A DNA stretch of 63,990 bases, the filler included. It is 6 parts of 6 records of this genome, joined end to end, with 100 filler letters (N's around TTAATTAATTAA, not from the genome) between each part and the next. Parts side by side here need not be neighbours in the genome. Positions count along the whole stretch, not along the records: positions 23,127 to 52,958 come from SRR20825010_476; 5 more parts are not named here. One strand, written 5' to 3'. Numbering within the stretch: position 1 is the stretch's first letter; each line of letters opens with the position of its first letter. Shown in pieces: positions 28,476 through 37,369 of this stretch. A model generated the notes under the pieces. That model had not been told where the DNA came from and did no database searches. It was given only the letters and a program-made list of their open reading frames with translations. Made by a program: the position numbers and the translations under genes.

Positions 28476-29278
28476 TGATTGCCACGCTCGACATGTATGA
28501 TTTCCCGGAGGTCCGGGATGCGACGAATACCTGGTGGGAGGCACTGGCGCGCGGGTTTATCGCCGAAGGCCTGACCGGGATCCCGCCTCACCGCACCCGT
28601 TTTTCCGATGAAAACGCGTCATGGTCCGCCCCCGGGCTGATCTTCACCCAGATATGCGGATATCCACTCCGCAAGCGATATCGCGACGCGCTCCGTGTCG
28701 TAGGAACCCCGTGCTGCCGGGCGAAAGGATGTGACGGGCCACGTTACAGCAGCGTGGTAATCGTCCAACGCGGCGCCGGGATCACCTCCGTGGAAGCGCT
28801 TGAGGGGGCACGGCTTGCTTATAACGGCGCCCTTTCCCAGTCCGGCATGAGTGCTTTCCGTGCCCTGCTCGCGGAACATGCGATCAAACCGGGCTTTTTC
28901 GGCGACGCGGTGTGCAGCCGTGGCCACCGTGCAAGCGTTTCCATGGTGTATTCGGGAGAGGCCGACACGGCCGCGATCGATTGCGTCACCTGGGCTTTGT
29001 TGCAGAAACACGCGCCGCACGAATGCGATGCGGTCGAGGTCCTGGCCTGGACTCCTGGTGCGCCGGGTCTGCCCTATGCCGTCCCCGCCAGCGCCGATGA
29101 CCAAACCATCGCCGCCTATCGGCGCGGAATCGACCGGGCAATAGCCGACCCGGCCGCGCAATCCGCCCGCGAGGCGCTCCTGATCGACGGATTCGCACCC
29201 CTGACAGATGCCGATTACGAAGAAATCGACGCCATGGAAACACGTGCCCGCGAGCGAGGACTGCCTTCCCTCTTCTGA
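28475..29278 (+). CDS. PhnD/SsuA-like PBP-II fold protein lacking a signal peptide
   Basis: QICGYP, YSSVVIV, AYNGALSQSG, GHRASV...GEADTAAIDCVTW; start overlaps the upstream stop (TGATG). Confidence 0.8.
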   Translation: MIATLDMYDFPEVRDATNTWWEALARGFIAEGLTGIPPHRTRFSDENASWSAPGLIFTQICGYPLRKRYRDALRVVGTPCCRAKGCDGPRYSSVVIVQRGAGITSVEALEGARLAYNGALSQSGMSAFRALLAEHAIKPGFFGDAVCSRGHRASVSMVYSGEADTAAIDCVTWALLQKHAPHECDAVEVLAWTPGAPGLPYAVPASADDQTIAAYRRGIDRAIADPAAQSAREALLIDGFAPLTDADYEEIDAMETRARERGLPSLF

Positions 29279-29365
29279 GCTTGTTGCCCGGCGGCTCGCG
29301 CGGCAAGATCGCCGCCGGAAAGACAACGCCACTTAAGACAGCGCCACTTGTGAGGGAGACACGCC

Positions 29366-30070
29366 ATGGCCATTACCTTTTACGATCTGTCCGGCAAAGA
29401 CGGAGCACGGTTCAGCCCGTTCGGCTGGCGCGCCCGTATGGCTCTCGCCCACAAGGGGCTTGAGGCCGACGCTGTGGTCGAGCATGTCCGCTTCGGCGAA
29501 AAAGCCAAACTTGAATTCAGCGGGCAGAAACTGGTTCCGGTGATCAAGGATGGCGAAACAGTCGTCAACGACAGCTGGGCCATCGCCTGCTACCTGGAAG
29601 AAACCTATACGGATCGCCCGAGCCTGTTTGGTGGCGAAGCCGGACGCGGGGCCGCCAAGCTGATCAACGACTGGACCAATCGTTCCATCAACCCGTTGGT
29701 CGCCCGCTGCATCGTCCACGATGTCCTTCTGCGCTGCGACGACAGTGACGTGGAGTATTTCAAGGAGACCCGGGAAGCGCGCTTCGGCGCCGCCCTCGAG
29801 CAGATCCAGGCCGGGCGCGAAGAGGTTCTTCCAAGCCTGCATCAAGCTTTCGCACCAATCCGCACGGTTATTGAAGAACAGCCCTTCATCGGCGGCTCCA
29901 AGCCGAGCTATGCCGATTACGCACCGTTTGGCACTCTGATGTGGGCGCGGGTTTCCAGCCCGTTCGAGCTTCTGGAAGAAAGCGATCCGCTCTGGGCCTG
30001 GCGCGAACGCCTGCTCGACGCCCATGACGGAGCGGCCCGCGCCGAGCCGGTCTGCCCGAAAGCCGCCTGA
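29366..30070 (+). CDS. Glutathione S-transferase family protein (LigE/beta-etherase-like subgroup)
   Basis: FSPFGWRARMALAHKGL, VPVIKDG, DSWAIACYLE, PSYADY. Confidence 0.85.
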   Translation: MAITFYDLSGKDGARFSPFGWRARMALAHKGLEADAVVEHVRFGEKAKLEFSGQKLVPVIKDGETVVNDSWAIACYLEETYTDRPSLFGGEAGRGAAKLINDWTNRSINPLVARCIVHDVLLRCDDSDVEYFKETREARFGAALEQIQAGREEVLPSLHQAFAPIRTVIEEQPFIGGSKPSYADYAPFGTLMWARVSSPFELLEESDPLWAWRERLLDAHDGAARAEPVCPKAA

Positions 30071-30099
30071 TCACCTCACGAGCCCGGAAAACCAGCATC

Positions 30100-30648
30100 A
30101 TGTCACGTGTACCCGCCCTCAAACCCGAGGATATGTCCGATGCGCAACGGACAATCCACGATGCCATCGTCAATGGCCCCCGTGGCCGCGTCGAAGGTCC
30201 GCTGAAAATCTGGCTACATAGCCCTGCCCTGGCCGACAAGGCACAACAGCTCGGCCAGTTCGCCCGGTTCGACAGCTCACTCGAGCCACGGCTTTCCGAA
30301 CTCGCCATTATGGTCACCGGCCGGTTCTGGGGCGCCCAGTTCGAATGGTCCGTCCACAAGCCCTTCGCTCTGAAGGCGGGCATCTCGGAAGAAATTCTGG
30401 ACGCCATTCGGGACAGAAAAACGCCGTCCTTCAAGAAGACGGACGAACGGATCGTCCATGACGTCTCCCGCGCCCTGCATGAAACCCACAGGATCGGCGA
30501 TGCTCTTTATGCCGAAGCGGTCGACGTACTGGGGCAGCAGCAGGTGATCGATCTTGTCGGTCTGCTTGGCTATTACACACTGATTTCCATGACGATCAAC
30601 GCCTTCGAGGTTCCGCTGGAAGGTGATCAAATCGCCGAACTCGACTGA
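30100..30648 (+). CDS. Carboxymuconolactone decarboxylase/AhpD-like family protein
   Basis: GPRGRVEGP...WLHSP, ELAIMVTGRFWGAQFEWSVH, DLVGLLGYYT. Confidence 0.85.
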   Translation: MSRVPALKPEDMSDAQRTIHDAIVNGPRGRVEGPLKIWLHSPALADKAQQLGQFARFDSSLEPRLSELAIMVTGRFWGAQFEWSVHKPFALKAGISEEILDAIRDRKTPSFKKTDERIVHDVSRALHETHRIGDALYAEAVDVLGQQQVIDLVGLLGYYTLISMTINAFEVPLEGDQIAELD

Positions 30649-30662
30649 TTTCAGGGCTTTTT

Positions 30663-30690
30663 CGGGGCGCGCATGAAAATGTGCGCCCCG
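30663..30690. terminator. Stem-loop after the CMD gene
   Basis: cggggcgcgcat-gaaa-atgtgcgccccg. Confidence 0.55.
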
Positions 30691-30744
30691 CATCACAGCA
30701 AAAACCATTATTTTAAAAATGAATTATTTTTCGATTTTAGAAGC

Positions 30745-30781
30745 GGTTAACGTTGCGTTAACCACAACCTCACGATACCAT
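30745..30781 (+). promoter_or_regulatory. CtrA box with downstream -10 element
   Basis: ggTTAAcgttgcgTTAACc = TTAA-N7-TTAAC (30747-30762), also an inverted repeat; TACCAT at 30776-30781. Confidence 0.7.
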
Positions 30782-30807
30782 TGTCACCATTGAGTAGGAG
30801 AGTATAT

Positions 30808-30897
30808 ATGATAACTCTTGCGATGGTGATAGTGACCTGGTGCGTGGTCGCCCTTGTCGGCGGCGTTCTTCTTGGGCGCGGTATCCGCGAAAACTAA
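30808..30897 (+). CDS. Small single-pass membrane protein (29 aa), below the ORF-track cutoff
   Basis: AGGAG-N7-ATG; MITLAMVIVTWCVVALVGGVLLGRGIREN*. Confidence 0.65.
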   Translation: MITLAMVIVTWCVVALVGGVLLGRGIREN

Positions 30898-31000
30898 GAG
30901 CGATTTTATTTCAGAGCTTTGCTTGCCTGAATTCCAGCTCCGCTTGCGGATTCCAGTAACGCTTCCCCAGCCTCTGTTTCCTGAATCGGTAAGCTTTCGA

Positions 31001-31927
31001 TCAGAGCGGTCCGGCCCTTAAAACAACTTCGATTCCAATGATAATCGCCGTCAGCATCGCAAGATAGATGACGAACTGCGCGTGATCCTCGCCATCGATC
31101 ACCACCTTGCGCAAGCGCGCACCGAAAATATCGAACAGTGAAACCGTCGCCAGAATGATCAACAGGATCGCGGCGCCTGATCCGTAATCGAATCCCCGCA
31201 ACGCTTCCGACAGGGACATACCGATGCCGCCGGCACCAACGATGCCAAGAACCGTGGCCGAGCGCACATTTGCCTCGAACCGATAGAGCGAAAAGGAAAT
31301 CCAGAGCGGCAGGACCTGCGGGATAACACCGAAGACAATTTCATGCAGGCTCGTGGCCCCGGTCGCCCGGATACCTTCGACCGGGCGCGGATCGATGGCT
31401 TCAACGGCTTCGGAAAAGAGCTTGGCGAGCGTCCCTGTCGTATGAATGGCCAGCGCCAGCACTCCGGCAAGCGGGCCAAGCCCGACAGCGGCAACAAAAA
31501 CCAGCGCAAAGACCAACTCATTGATCGCCCTGAAAGCATCCATTAGGCGCCGCACCGGAAAACTGAGCCAGGCCGGCGCCAGGTTTGACGATGCCATCAG
31601 ACCAAAGGGGACTGCGAACACGACCGAGAGGAACGACCCCCAGACCGCCATCTGCACGGTTTCCAGCATCAGGTCGAGATAACTCCGCCAGTAACGGAAA
31701 TTGGGCTCCAGAAAATCGGACAGCAGCATCGCCATGTTACTGCCGCCGCTGAACACATCCCCGATACGGTTCATGTCCGACGGCACGAAGCTCCAGACCA
31801 GCATGATCAGGAAAGTGCCCCAGAGCAGGTAGTCGAACGCCTGCTCCTGGCGGCCACGGCCGGGCACGACGATGTCCTCCAGGCGGGGCTGGGTTCCGTT
31901 GGCGGCACTATTATTCATGGCTGACAC
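31001..31927 (-). CDS. phnE: Phosphonate ABC transporter permease
   Basis: ETVQMAVWGS, RAINELVFAL, KLFSEAVEAID, FEANVRSATVLGIVGAGGIG. Confidence 0.93.
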   Translation of the reverse strand: MSAMNNSAANGTQPRLEDIVVPGRGRQEQAFDYLLWGTFLIMLVWSFVPSDMNRIGDVFSGGSNMAMLLSDFLEPNFRYWRSYLDLMLETVQMAVWGSFLSVVFAVPFGLMASSNLAPAWLSFPVRRLMDAFRAINELVFALVFVAAVGLGPLAGVLALAIHTTGTLAKLFSEAVEAIDPRPVEGIRATGATSLHEIVFGVIPQVLPLWISFSLYRFEANVRSATVLGIVGAGGIGMSLSEALRGFDYGSGAAILLIILATVSLFDIFGARLRKVVIDGEDHAQFVIYLAMLTAIIIGIEVVLRAGPL

Positions 31928-31946
31928 TCATGGGACTTGGTTCCCG

Positions 31947-31975
31947 AAAAGAAGCGGGGGCCACGTGGCCCCCGC
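31947..31975 (-). terminator. Intercistronic hairpin/terminator between phnD and phnE
   Basis: Perfect 22-bp palindrome gcgggggccacgtggcccccgc followed on the minus strand by ttctttt. Confidence 0.6.
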
Positions 31976-32011
31976 ATATCGGCCCGGCGAAACACCGGAC
32001 CAGGATCTGGG

Positions 32012-33028
32012 TTACTTGCGAGGGCGAGCCTCGGCGGCGCGCCGGATATCCGCGATCTTTTCGTCGATCTTGGCGATCTTCTCTTTCTTCTCGGACTGGG
32101 AGAAAGTGTCGTCACCCTCGATGGACATGCGCTGACGGATTTGGTCCATCTCATAGAACGGCCAGAGCTGGGCATTCGAGGACGGCACGAACGGGCCCAT
32201 ATCGATCATGGCGAGGATTTCACGCGCCTTGGTCACTTCCGCATCGCTGCCGAGGCGGCCATAAGTCATGAAAAAGCTCATGATCTTGGCTTTCAGACCC
32301 TTGTTCAGCTCCGGGCGCCAGGCCATCGGATCGGACGCGATCAGCGGGGAGCGCCAGATTTCCTTGATCTCGGCAAACAGTTCCGGTTTGGCAAATTTCA
32401 GACGCTTGTAGAGACCACCGGAGGACGCAACGGCCGCATCGACTTGCTTGGTCGCGACGGAGATCAGGTTGGTCTCATGGTTTGCATTGCGGACAATCTT
32501 GAAGCACTCCTTCGGATCAACGCCTTCCTTGGCGAAGATGAAGGTAGACGGCACCAGGAAGCCCGAGGTTGAGTTCGGATCGCCAAGGCCAAAATTCAGG
32601 CTCTTGTCGCACTTCATGACGTCTTCGTAGCTCAGGCCCGAATCCTTGTGCGTGACCATGACCGACCAGTAACCCTGATCGCCGTTGGATTCGGTTGTCT
32701 GCGCGAAAATTTCGGCGCCGGCGCGGTCAACGGCGACCATGCCGGACTTGTTGCCGTACCAGGCGATATCGACTTTGTCGAAGCGCATCGCCTCGATCAC
32801 ACCCGCATAGTCGGCCGCGAAGAACGGCTTCACCGGCATACCGATATCCGCTTCGAGCGCCTGCAGAAACGGCCCCCACTTCTCGCGCTGGGCGGAGCTG
32901 TTCTCCGTCGCGATGATACCGAAATTGATTTCCTTCGGGTCTTCGCGATCGGCAAAGGCAGGCATGGCGCTTGTCGCGAGGCCGGTTGCCAGAACCGCAG
33001 CGGCGGTCAGGCGGGTGAAGATGGTCAT
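32012..33028 (-). CDS. phnD: Phosphonate ABC transporter substrate-binding protein
   Basis: Signal peptide; FFAADYAGVIEAMRFDKVDIAWYGNKS, GDPNSTSGFLVP, ANHETN, IWRSPLIASDP. Confidence 0.94.
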   Translation of the reverse strand: MTIFTRLTAAAVLATGLATSAMPAFADREDPKEINFGIIATENSSAQREKWGPFLQALEADIGMPVKPFFAADYAGVIEAMRFDKVDIAWYGNKSGMVAVDRAGAEIFAQTTESNGDQGYWSVMVTHKDSGLSYEDVMKCDKSLNFGLGDPNSTSGFLVPSTFIFAKEGVDPKECFKIVRNANHETNLISVATKQVDAAVASSGGLYKRLKFAKPELFAEIKEIWRSPLIASDPMAWRPELNKGLKAKIMSFFMTYGRLGSDAEVTKAREILAMIDMGPFVPSSNAQLWPFYEMDQIRQRMSIEGDDTFSQSEKKEKIAKIDEKIADIRRAAEARPRK

Positions 33029-33061
33029 GGGATCAGCTCCTCTTGATGCTGGGAAATAGGC

Positions 33062-33922
33062 TCAGGCGAATGCGGGCAGTCGCTGTTCCGCCGTCTCGTG
33101 TGCCTCCGCGAAATCCTCGGCATCGGGGAGGATCAGCTCTTCACTGGCCTCGCCGTAGATTTCGCGGAGAAAAGCAGTGGTGAGATCGTGGGACGGACCG
33201 TCGAAAACGACCCGGCCGTCCCGCATGGCGATGGTGCGCTTGCAGTAGCGCCGCGCATATTCGACTTGATGCAACGAGACGAGCACGGCTGTGCCTTCCG
33301 TCCGATTGATATCGGACAGGGTTTCCATCACACGGCGGGCCGAAGCGGGATCAAGGGAGGCAATCGGCTCGTCGGCGAGAATGGCTTCGGATTCCTGCAC
33401 CAGGCAGCGGGCAATAGCCGCGCGCTGCTGCTGCCCGCCGGAGAGCGTCGCCGCACGTTGCCGCGCCGTCGCCGCGATGCCGACCCGGGCGAGCGCCTGC
33501 ATGGCCCGCTGTTTTTCCAGATGGGAGAACTGCATGAGAACGCCGCGCCATTTCGGCATCCTGCCAAGACGGCCAGCCAGCACATTGGTCAGCACCGTGA
33601 GACGCGGCACCAGATTGAATTGCTGGAAGATGACCCCGAGACGACGACGCACTTGCGACACATCGCCTGTCAGGCGGCCACCGGCCTGCACCTGATCGCC
33701 GAATACCGCAATCTCGCCCCCATCATTGCCCTTGTTGGCAACGATCAGGCCGCCGATATGCCGGATCAATGTGGACTTGCCGGACCCGGAAGCGCCAATC
33801 AACGCCACCATCTCGCCTGCGGCAAGCTGAACGGAAACCCCGTCCAGCGCCTTGCGCCCGTTCGGAAATGTTTTGCAGACGTTCGTGACCTGAATAACAG
33901 GCTGGCTCTGAGTATGTGACAT
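33062..33922 (-). CDS. phnC: Phosphonate ABC transporter ATP-binding protein
   Basis: [50 protein letters not shown]. Confidence 0.94.
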   Translation of the reverse strand: MSHTQSQPVIQVTNVCKTFPNGRKALDGVSVQLAAGEMVALIGASGSGKSTLIRHIGGLIVANKGNDGGEIAVFGDQVQAGGRLTGDVSQVRRRLGVIFQQFNLVPRLTVLTNVLAGRLGRMPKWRGVLMQFSHLEKQRAMQALARVGIAATARQRAATLSGGQQQRAAIARCLVQESEAILADEPIASLDPASARRVMETLSDINRTEGTAVLVSLHQVEYARRYCKRTIAMRDGRVVFDGPSHDLTTAFLREIYGEASEELILPDAEDFAEAHETAEQRLPAFA

Positions 33923-33983
33923 GCGGCCCCTTCCCAAGGGCCGCGACATTACTCAGAAGCGTTGACCGGCACACCGCAACATC

Positions 33984-34012
33984 ATGACGGTTTCAGGACT
34001 CCTGCGAGACTC
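33984..34012 (-). promoter_or_regulatory. Degenerate Pho box candidate upstream of phnC
   Basis: Reverse strand gagtctcgcag/gagtcctgaaa/ccgtcat: GTC cores at 11-bp period, last unit close to CTGTCAT. Confidence 0.3.
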
Positions 34013-34049
34013 TAAACCCACAAAATGACACAAAAGAGTCTCCGTCCCG

Positions 34050-34499
34050 TCATGCCCGGCAGGACACGATCTGCGGGCACTCCATTGTCATCACCGCTTC
34101 GCCATCCTGATTGAAGGTGGTGTATTTGAACCGCACGAAGCCCCTGTCCGGTTTCGAGCGAGACTGGCGTTTCTCCAACACCTCCATCTCGACGCTCAGC
34201 GTATCGCCCGGCCGCACCGGTTTCAGCCAGTTCAGCTGATCGATGGTCCCGGCGCCGAGATTGGTGGCCTGCAGCCCGTTCGCCTGCCAGGCCAGTCGGA
34301 AACTGACGGCAAGGGTCTGGAAGCCACTGGAGATGATCCCACCGAACGGACTTTCCTCCGCGTCGGGAACGCTGACATGGAAGGGTTGCGGGTCGTACTT
34401 CCAGGCAAAATCGATGATCTCGGATTCCGTCATGGTCTTACGCTGGGAGCGGAGGACCTGGCCGATTTCCAGGTCCTCAAAATAGACAGGCGCCTGCAT
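34050..34499 (-). CDS. MaoC-family dehydratase
   Basis: YFEDLEIG, FAWKYDPQPFH, SPFGGIISSG, WLKPVRPGDTL. Confidence 0.9.
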   Translation of the reverse strand: MQAPVYFEDLEIGQVLRSQRKTMTESEIIDFAWKYDPQPFHVSVPDAEESPFGGIISSGFQTLAVSFRLAWQANGLQATNLGAGTIDQLNWLKPVRPGDTLSVEMEVLEKRQSRSKPDRGFVRFKYTTFNQDGEAVMTMECPQIVSCRA

Positions 34500-34503
34500 C
34501 CGG

Positions 34504-35568
34504 TTAGCCCCGGAGCACGGCGGCGATGGCGTCGCCAAGATCCGTGGTGCTGGCCTGACCGCCAAGATCGGGAGTCTTCGGTCCACCTCCGGAGATCACC
34601 GTCTCACATGCCGCGACGATGGCATCGGCCGCTTCCTGATGGCCGTGATGCTCCAGCAGCATGGCGCCGGACCAGATCTGACCGATCGGGTTGGCGATCC
34701 CCTTGCCGGCGATGTCCGGAGCCGAGCCATGCACCGGCTCGAACATGGAGGGATACTTCTTCTCCGGATTGATGTTCGCGGACGGCGCGATGGCTATGGA
34801 ACCGGCAACGGCCGGGCCGAGATCGGACAGGATATCACCAAACAGGTTGGAGCCGACAACGACGTCGAACCAGTCCGGATGCAGCACGAAATTCGCGACC
34901 AGAATGTCGATATGATACTGGTCCGTCGCGAGGTCCGGATATTCCTTGGAAATCGCCGCGAAGCGCTCGTCCCAATAAGGCATGGTGTGGATGATGCCGT
35001 TGGACTTGGTCGCTGATGTCACCTTCTTCTTGCCCGTGCGTTGGCACAGCTCGAAGGCATAGCGCATGATCCGGTCGGTACCGGTCCGGGTGAAGACGCT
35101 TTCCTGCATCGCCATCTCGCGATCCGTGCCTTCGAACAGACGCCCGCCGATGGACGAGTATTCGCCCTCGTTATTCTCCCGCACGACATAGAAGTCGATA
35201 TCCTCCGAAGTTCGGCCAGCCAGCGGACAGGACATACCCTTCAGCATACGGATCGGGCGCAGGTTCACATACTGCTCCATCTCCCGGCGGATCGGGATCA
35301 GCAAGCCCCAGAGCGAAACGTGGTCCGGCACGCCCGGGAACCCAACGGCGCCAAGAAAGATCGAGTCGAATTCCTTTAATTGATCGATGCCGTCTTCCGG
35401 CATCATCTGGCCGGTCTTGTGATAGCGCTCGCAGCTCCAGTCGAATTCGGTAAAATCATACTCAATGCCGAACTTCGCCCCGGCCGCCTCCAACACCTTG
35501 ATGCCTTCCGGGATCACTTCCCAGCCGATCCCGTCTCCGGGAATGACAGCGATTTTGATTTTCGACAT
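34504..35568 (-). CDS. dmlA: Tartrate/D-malate dehydrogenase (decarboxylating), TtuC/DmlA type
   Basis: IAVIPGDGIG, PDHVSLWGLLIPIRR, RENNEGEYS, SATKSNGI..TMPYWD, SNLFGDILSD, FEPVHGSAPDI. Confidence 0.88.
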   Translation of the reverse strand: MSKIKIAVIPGDGIGWEVIPEGIKVLEAAGAKFGIEYDFTEFDWSCERYHKTGQMMPEDGIDQLKEFDSIFLGAVGFPGVPDHVSLWGLLIPIRREMEQYVNLRPIRMLKGMSCPLAGRTSEDIDFYVVRENNEGEYSSIGGRLFEGTDREMAMQESVFTRTGTDRIMRYAFELCQRTGKKKVTSATKSNGIIHTMPYWDERFAAISKEYPDLATDQYHIDILVANFVLHPDWFDVVVGSNLFGDILSDLGPAVAGSIAIAPSANINPEKKYPSMFEPVHGSAPDIAGKGIANPIGQIWSGAMLLEHHGHQEAADAIVAACETVISGGGPKTPDLGGQASTTDLGDAIAAVLRG

Positions 35569-35714
35569 TGGGTTTTTCCTCCGCCCATCTGATTTCTTGG
35601 CGCGCATGATAGGCGGAGGAGGCTTCTTGTCAAAAGAGGTGCAGACGCAATGTCTGTTTTTCCCAAACCCGGCAAACGGACCGGTTCAAAAGATGCAGCG
35701 GATTTCGCCTTGGT

Positions 35715-36977
35715 CTATTCCCCGTGTGCCTTGAGCAGCGCTCTTGTTTCAGGAGCCTTGATAAACTTTTCGTAAAGCGCGGCCTCTGTCTTTGGAGCGC
35801 TGTTCTTTTTGCCACCGAAAAGGCTGGGCTTCTTTTTGTAATAAGCAGCGAAGTAATTGTTCATGAACTGGGTACGGGAAGAACCCGAGCGGTGCTCATG
35901 TTTGGTCTCTTCTTTCAAACCTTCAACACCATCCGTCATCGAACTGAAAAGACCACCGGACTTGGCATCATCTCCCGTCTCGCTGCTACCTGCGGTGAGG
36001 AACCCGAAAAATGCATTGCCGCTTTCTTTCTGGCCATCCGAAGACGCGTTCGTTCCACCACCAGATTTTTCGGCGAGCTGAATTTTCTGGTTCGCCCCTT
36101 CCGCAGCCAAGCGCGCGGACTGAACTGTGGGGCCATCACTTTCCCAAGCGCTAACGGTTCCCAGCGCTGACGTCACCGAAGCCCCACCATAGCCGCAGCC
36201 ACGCACTATATCCGCGCCAAGCATATCAGCCTGATCCTCCTGGAAACGTTTGGCTACATTTTCCAAGCGCCGATCAAATCCGACCTCGTCACCCATTGCC
36301 CGGCTGACAGCACCACCAACCGTCTTGAAGCCCGAGAGAAGCCCGCCTCCAATGCTGCCCAGCATACCTCCACCGGATGAATCTGAATCTGCTGCACTTC
36401 GCGCCACATCCCCTATCGGGTCGATAGAGTGTTGCATGATCACATGCGCATATTCGTGACTGATAAAGAACAGAAGGTGTCGAGGGTCTTTCGTTTTGCT
36501 GAATAATCGCGGATCGACCAGAATAATTCCGCTTTTCCGAGCCTCCAGCAAAAGACTGGTATCAGTCGGCAATCTATCGCGCTTGTGAGCAATGCGGAAC
36601 TCTACCGGGACTTTCGGTATGTCTTCCTTTACGCGCGCTAGGCAGCCCTGCAGGAGATTACTCAAAAAAGCTTCTGCGACTGGTGCCTTCAGAACCACGA
36701 TACTCTGTTTGGCTATATCGATTTCGTCTTCGGCGCGACGTGCCTGCAAGGCAGCCGGGCTGAGATCATGGCGGGAGAACATCTCCGGGTAGATCCGGAT
36801 CATGCGGTCCTCGGGAAGCTCCTGATCCATCAACTCCATGCTCGTTGTGCCGTCCTTATTTTTGACCTCGAGCCACTTGAAGCCACTATTCTCATCAATG
36901 AAGTAGTTCTTATCCTCCGCTGCGGCTGGAACAGCCGCGAGCATCAGAATGGCCAGCGCCACACCGACGGTCCTCAT
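35715..36977 (-). CDS. Secreted M48-family zinc metallopeptidase
   Basis: Signal peptide MRTVGVALAILMLAAVPAAA; HEYAH zinc motif; QEDQAD third-ligand motif; late H...R; ATGA overlap with upstream gene. Confidence 0.8.
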   Translation of the reverse strand: MRTVGVALAILMLAAVPAAAEDKNYFIDENSGFKWLEVKNKDGTTSMELMDQELPEDRMIRIYPEMFSRHDLSPAALQARRAEDEIDIAKQSIVVLKAPVAEAFLSNLLQGCLARVKEDIPKVPVEFRIAHKRDRLPTDTSLLLEARKSGIILVDPRLFSKTKDPRHLLFFISHEYAHVIMQHSIDPIGDVARSAADSDSSGGGMLGSIGGGLLSGFKTVGGAVSRAMGDEVGFDRRLENVAKRFQEDQADMLGADIVRGCGYGGASVTSALGTVSAWESDGPTVQSARLAAEGANQKIQLAEKSGGGTNASSDGQKESGNAFFGFLTAGSSETGDDAKSGGLFSSMTDGVEGLKEETKHEHRSGSSRTQFMNNYFAAYYKKKPSLFGGKKNSAPKTEAALYEKFIKAPETRALLKAHGE

Positions 36978-37369
36978 TTCGTGCACCCTGCGCCAAAACC
37001 TCGCCCGGTACCGCCCGAACCAGCGGCGACGGATGAGACCTGCGTCCGGCATTTTTTCTGAAACTCGGCGTCGAGGTTAGTCTCAACATCCTCGGAACGA
37101 ATAAGGAATTTTTTTCCCCCATCAATTTGAATTTCATAGGCCGCGCCGTCGGCTATCGAATCCAGAATTGATATTTTTTTGCCTTCCAGCTCAATGCGAA
37201 GAAGCGCACCCGCCGGCTCCTGGGTATCCAAATCAAACAGGTCCAGTTGCGGCGGCAGGATCTTGGTCACGCTCGTGGGTGTGTCTGCTGAGGCCCAATT
37301 TACTATAACCACACCTGCAAGCAACATCACAGCAAGCCCAAAGGTTTTGAAATAACGCAAGAAATTCAT
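36974..37369 (-). CDS. Small secreted hypothetical protein with C-terminal Cys-x21-Cys Gly-rich tail
   Basis: Signal peptide; ends CRTQVSSVAAGSGGTGRGFGAGCTK; ATGA overlaps on both sides. Confidence 0.8.
   Translation of the reverse strand: MNFLRYFKTFGLAVMLLAGVVIVNWASADTPTSVTKILPPQLDLFDLDTQEPAGALLRIELEGKKISILDSIADGAAYEIQIDGGKKFLIRSEDVETNLDAEFQKKCRTQVSSVAAGSGGTGRGFGAGCTK

Noticed and set aside
31954-31975. Palindrome with a CCACGTGG core as a parS site
   Set aside because: Flanks are GC-rich rather than TGTT/AACA; better explained as an intercistronic hairpin or terminator
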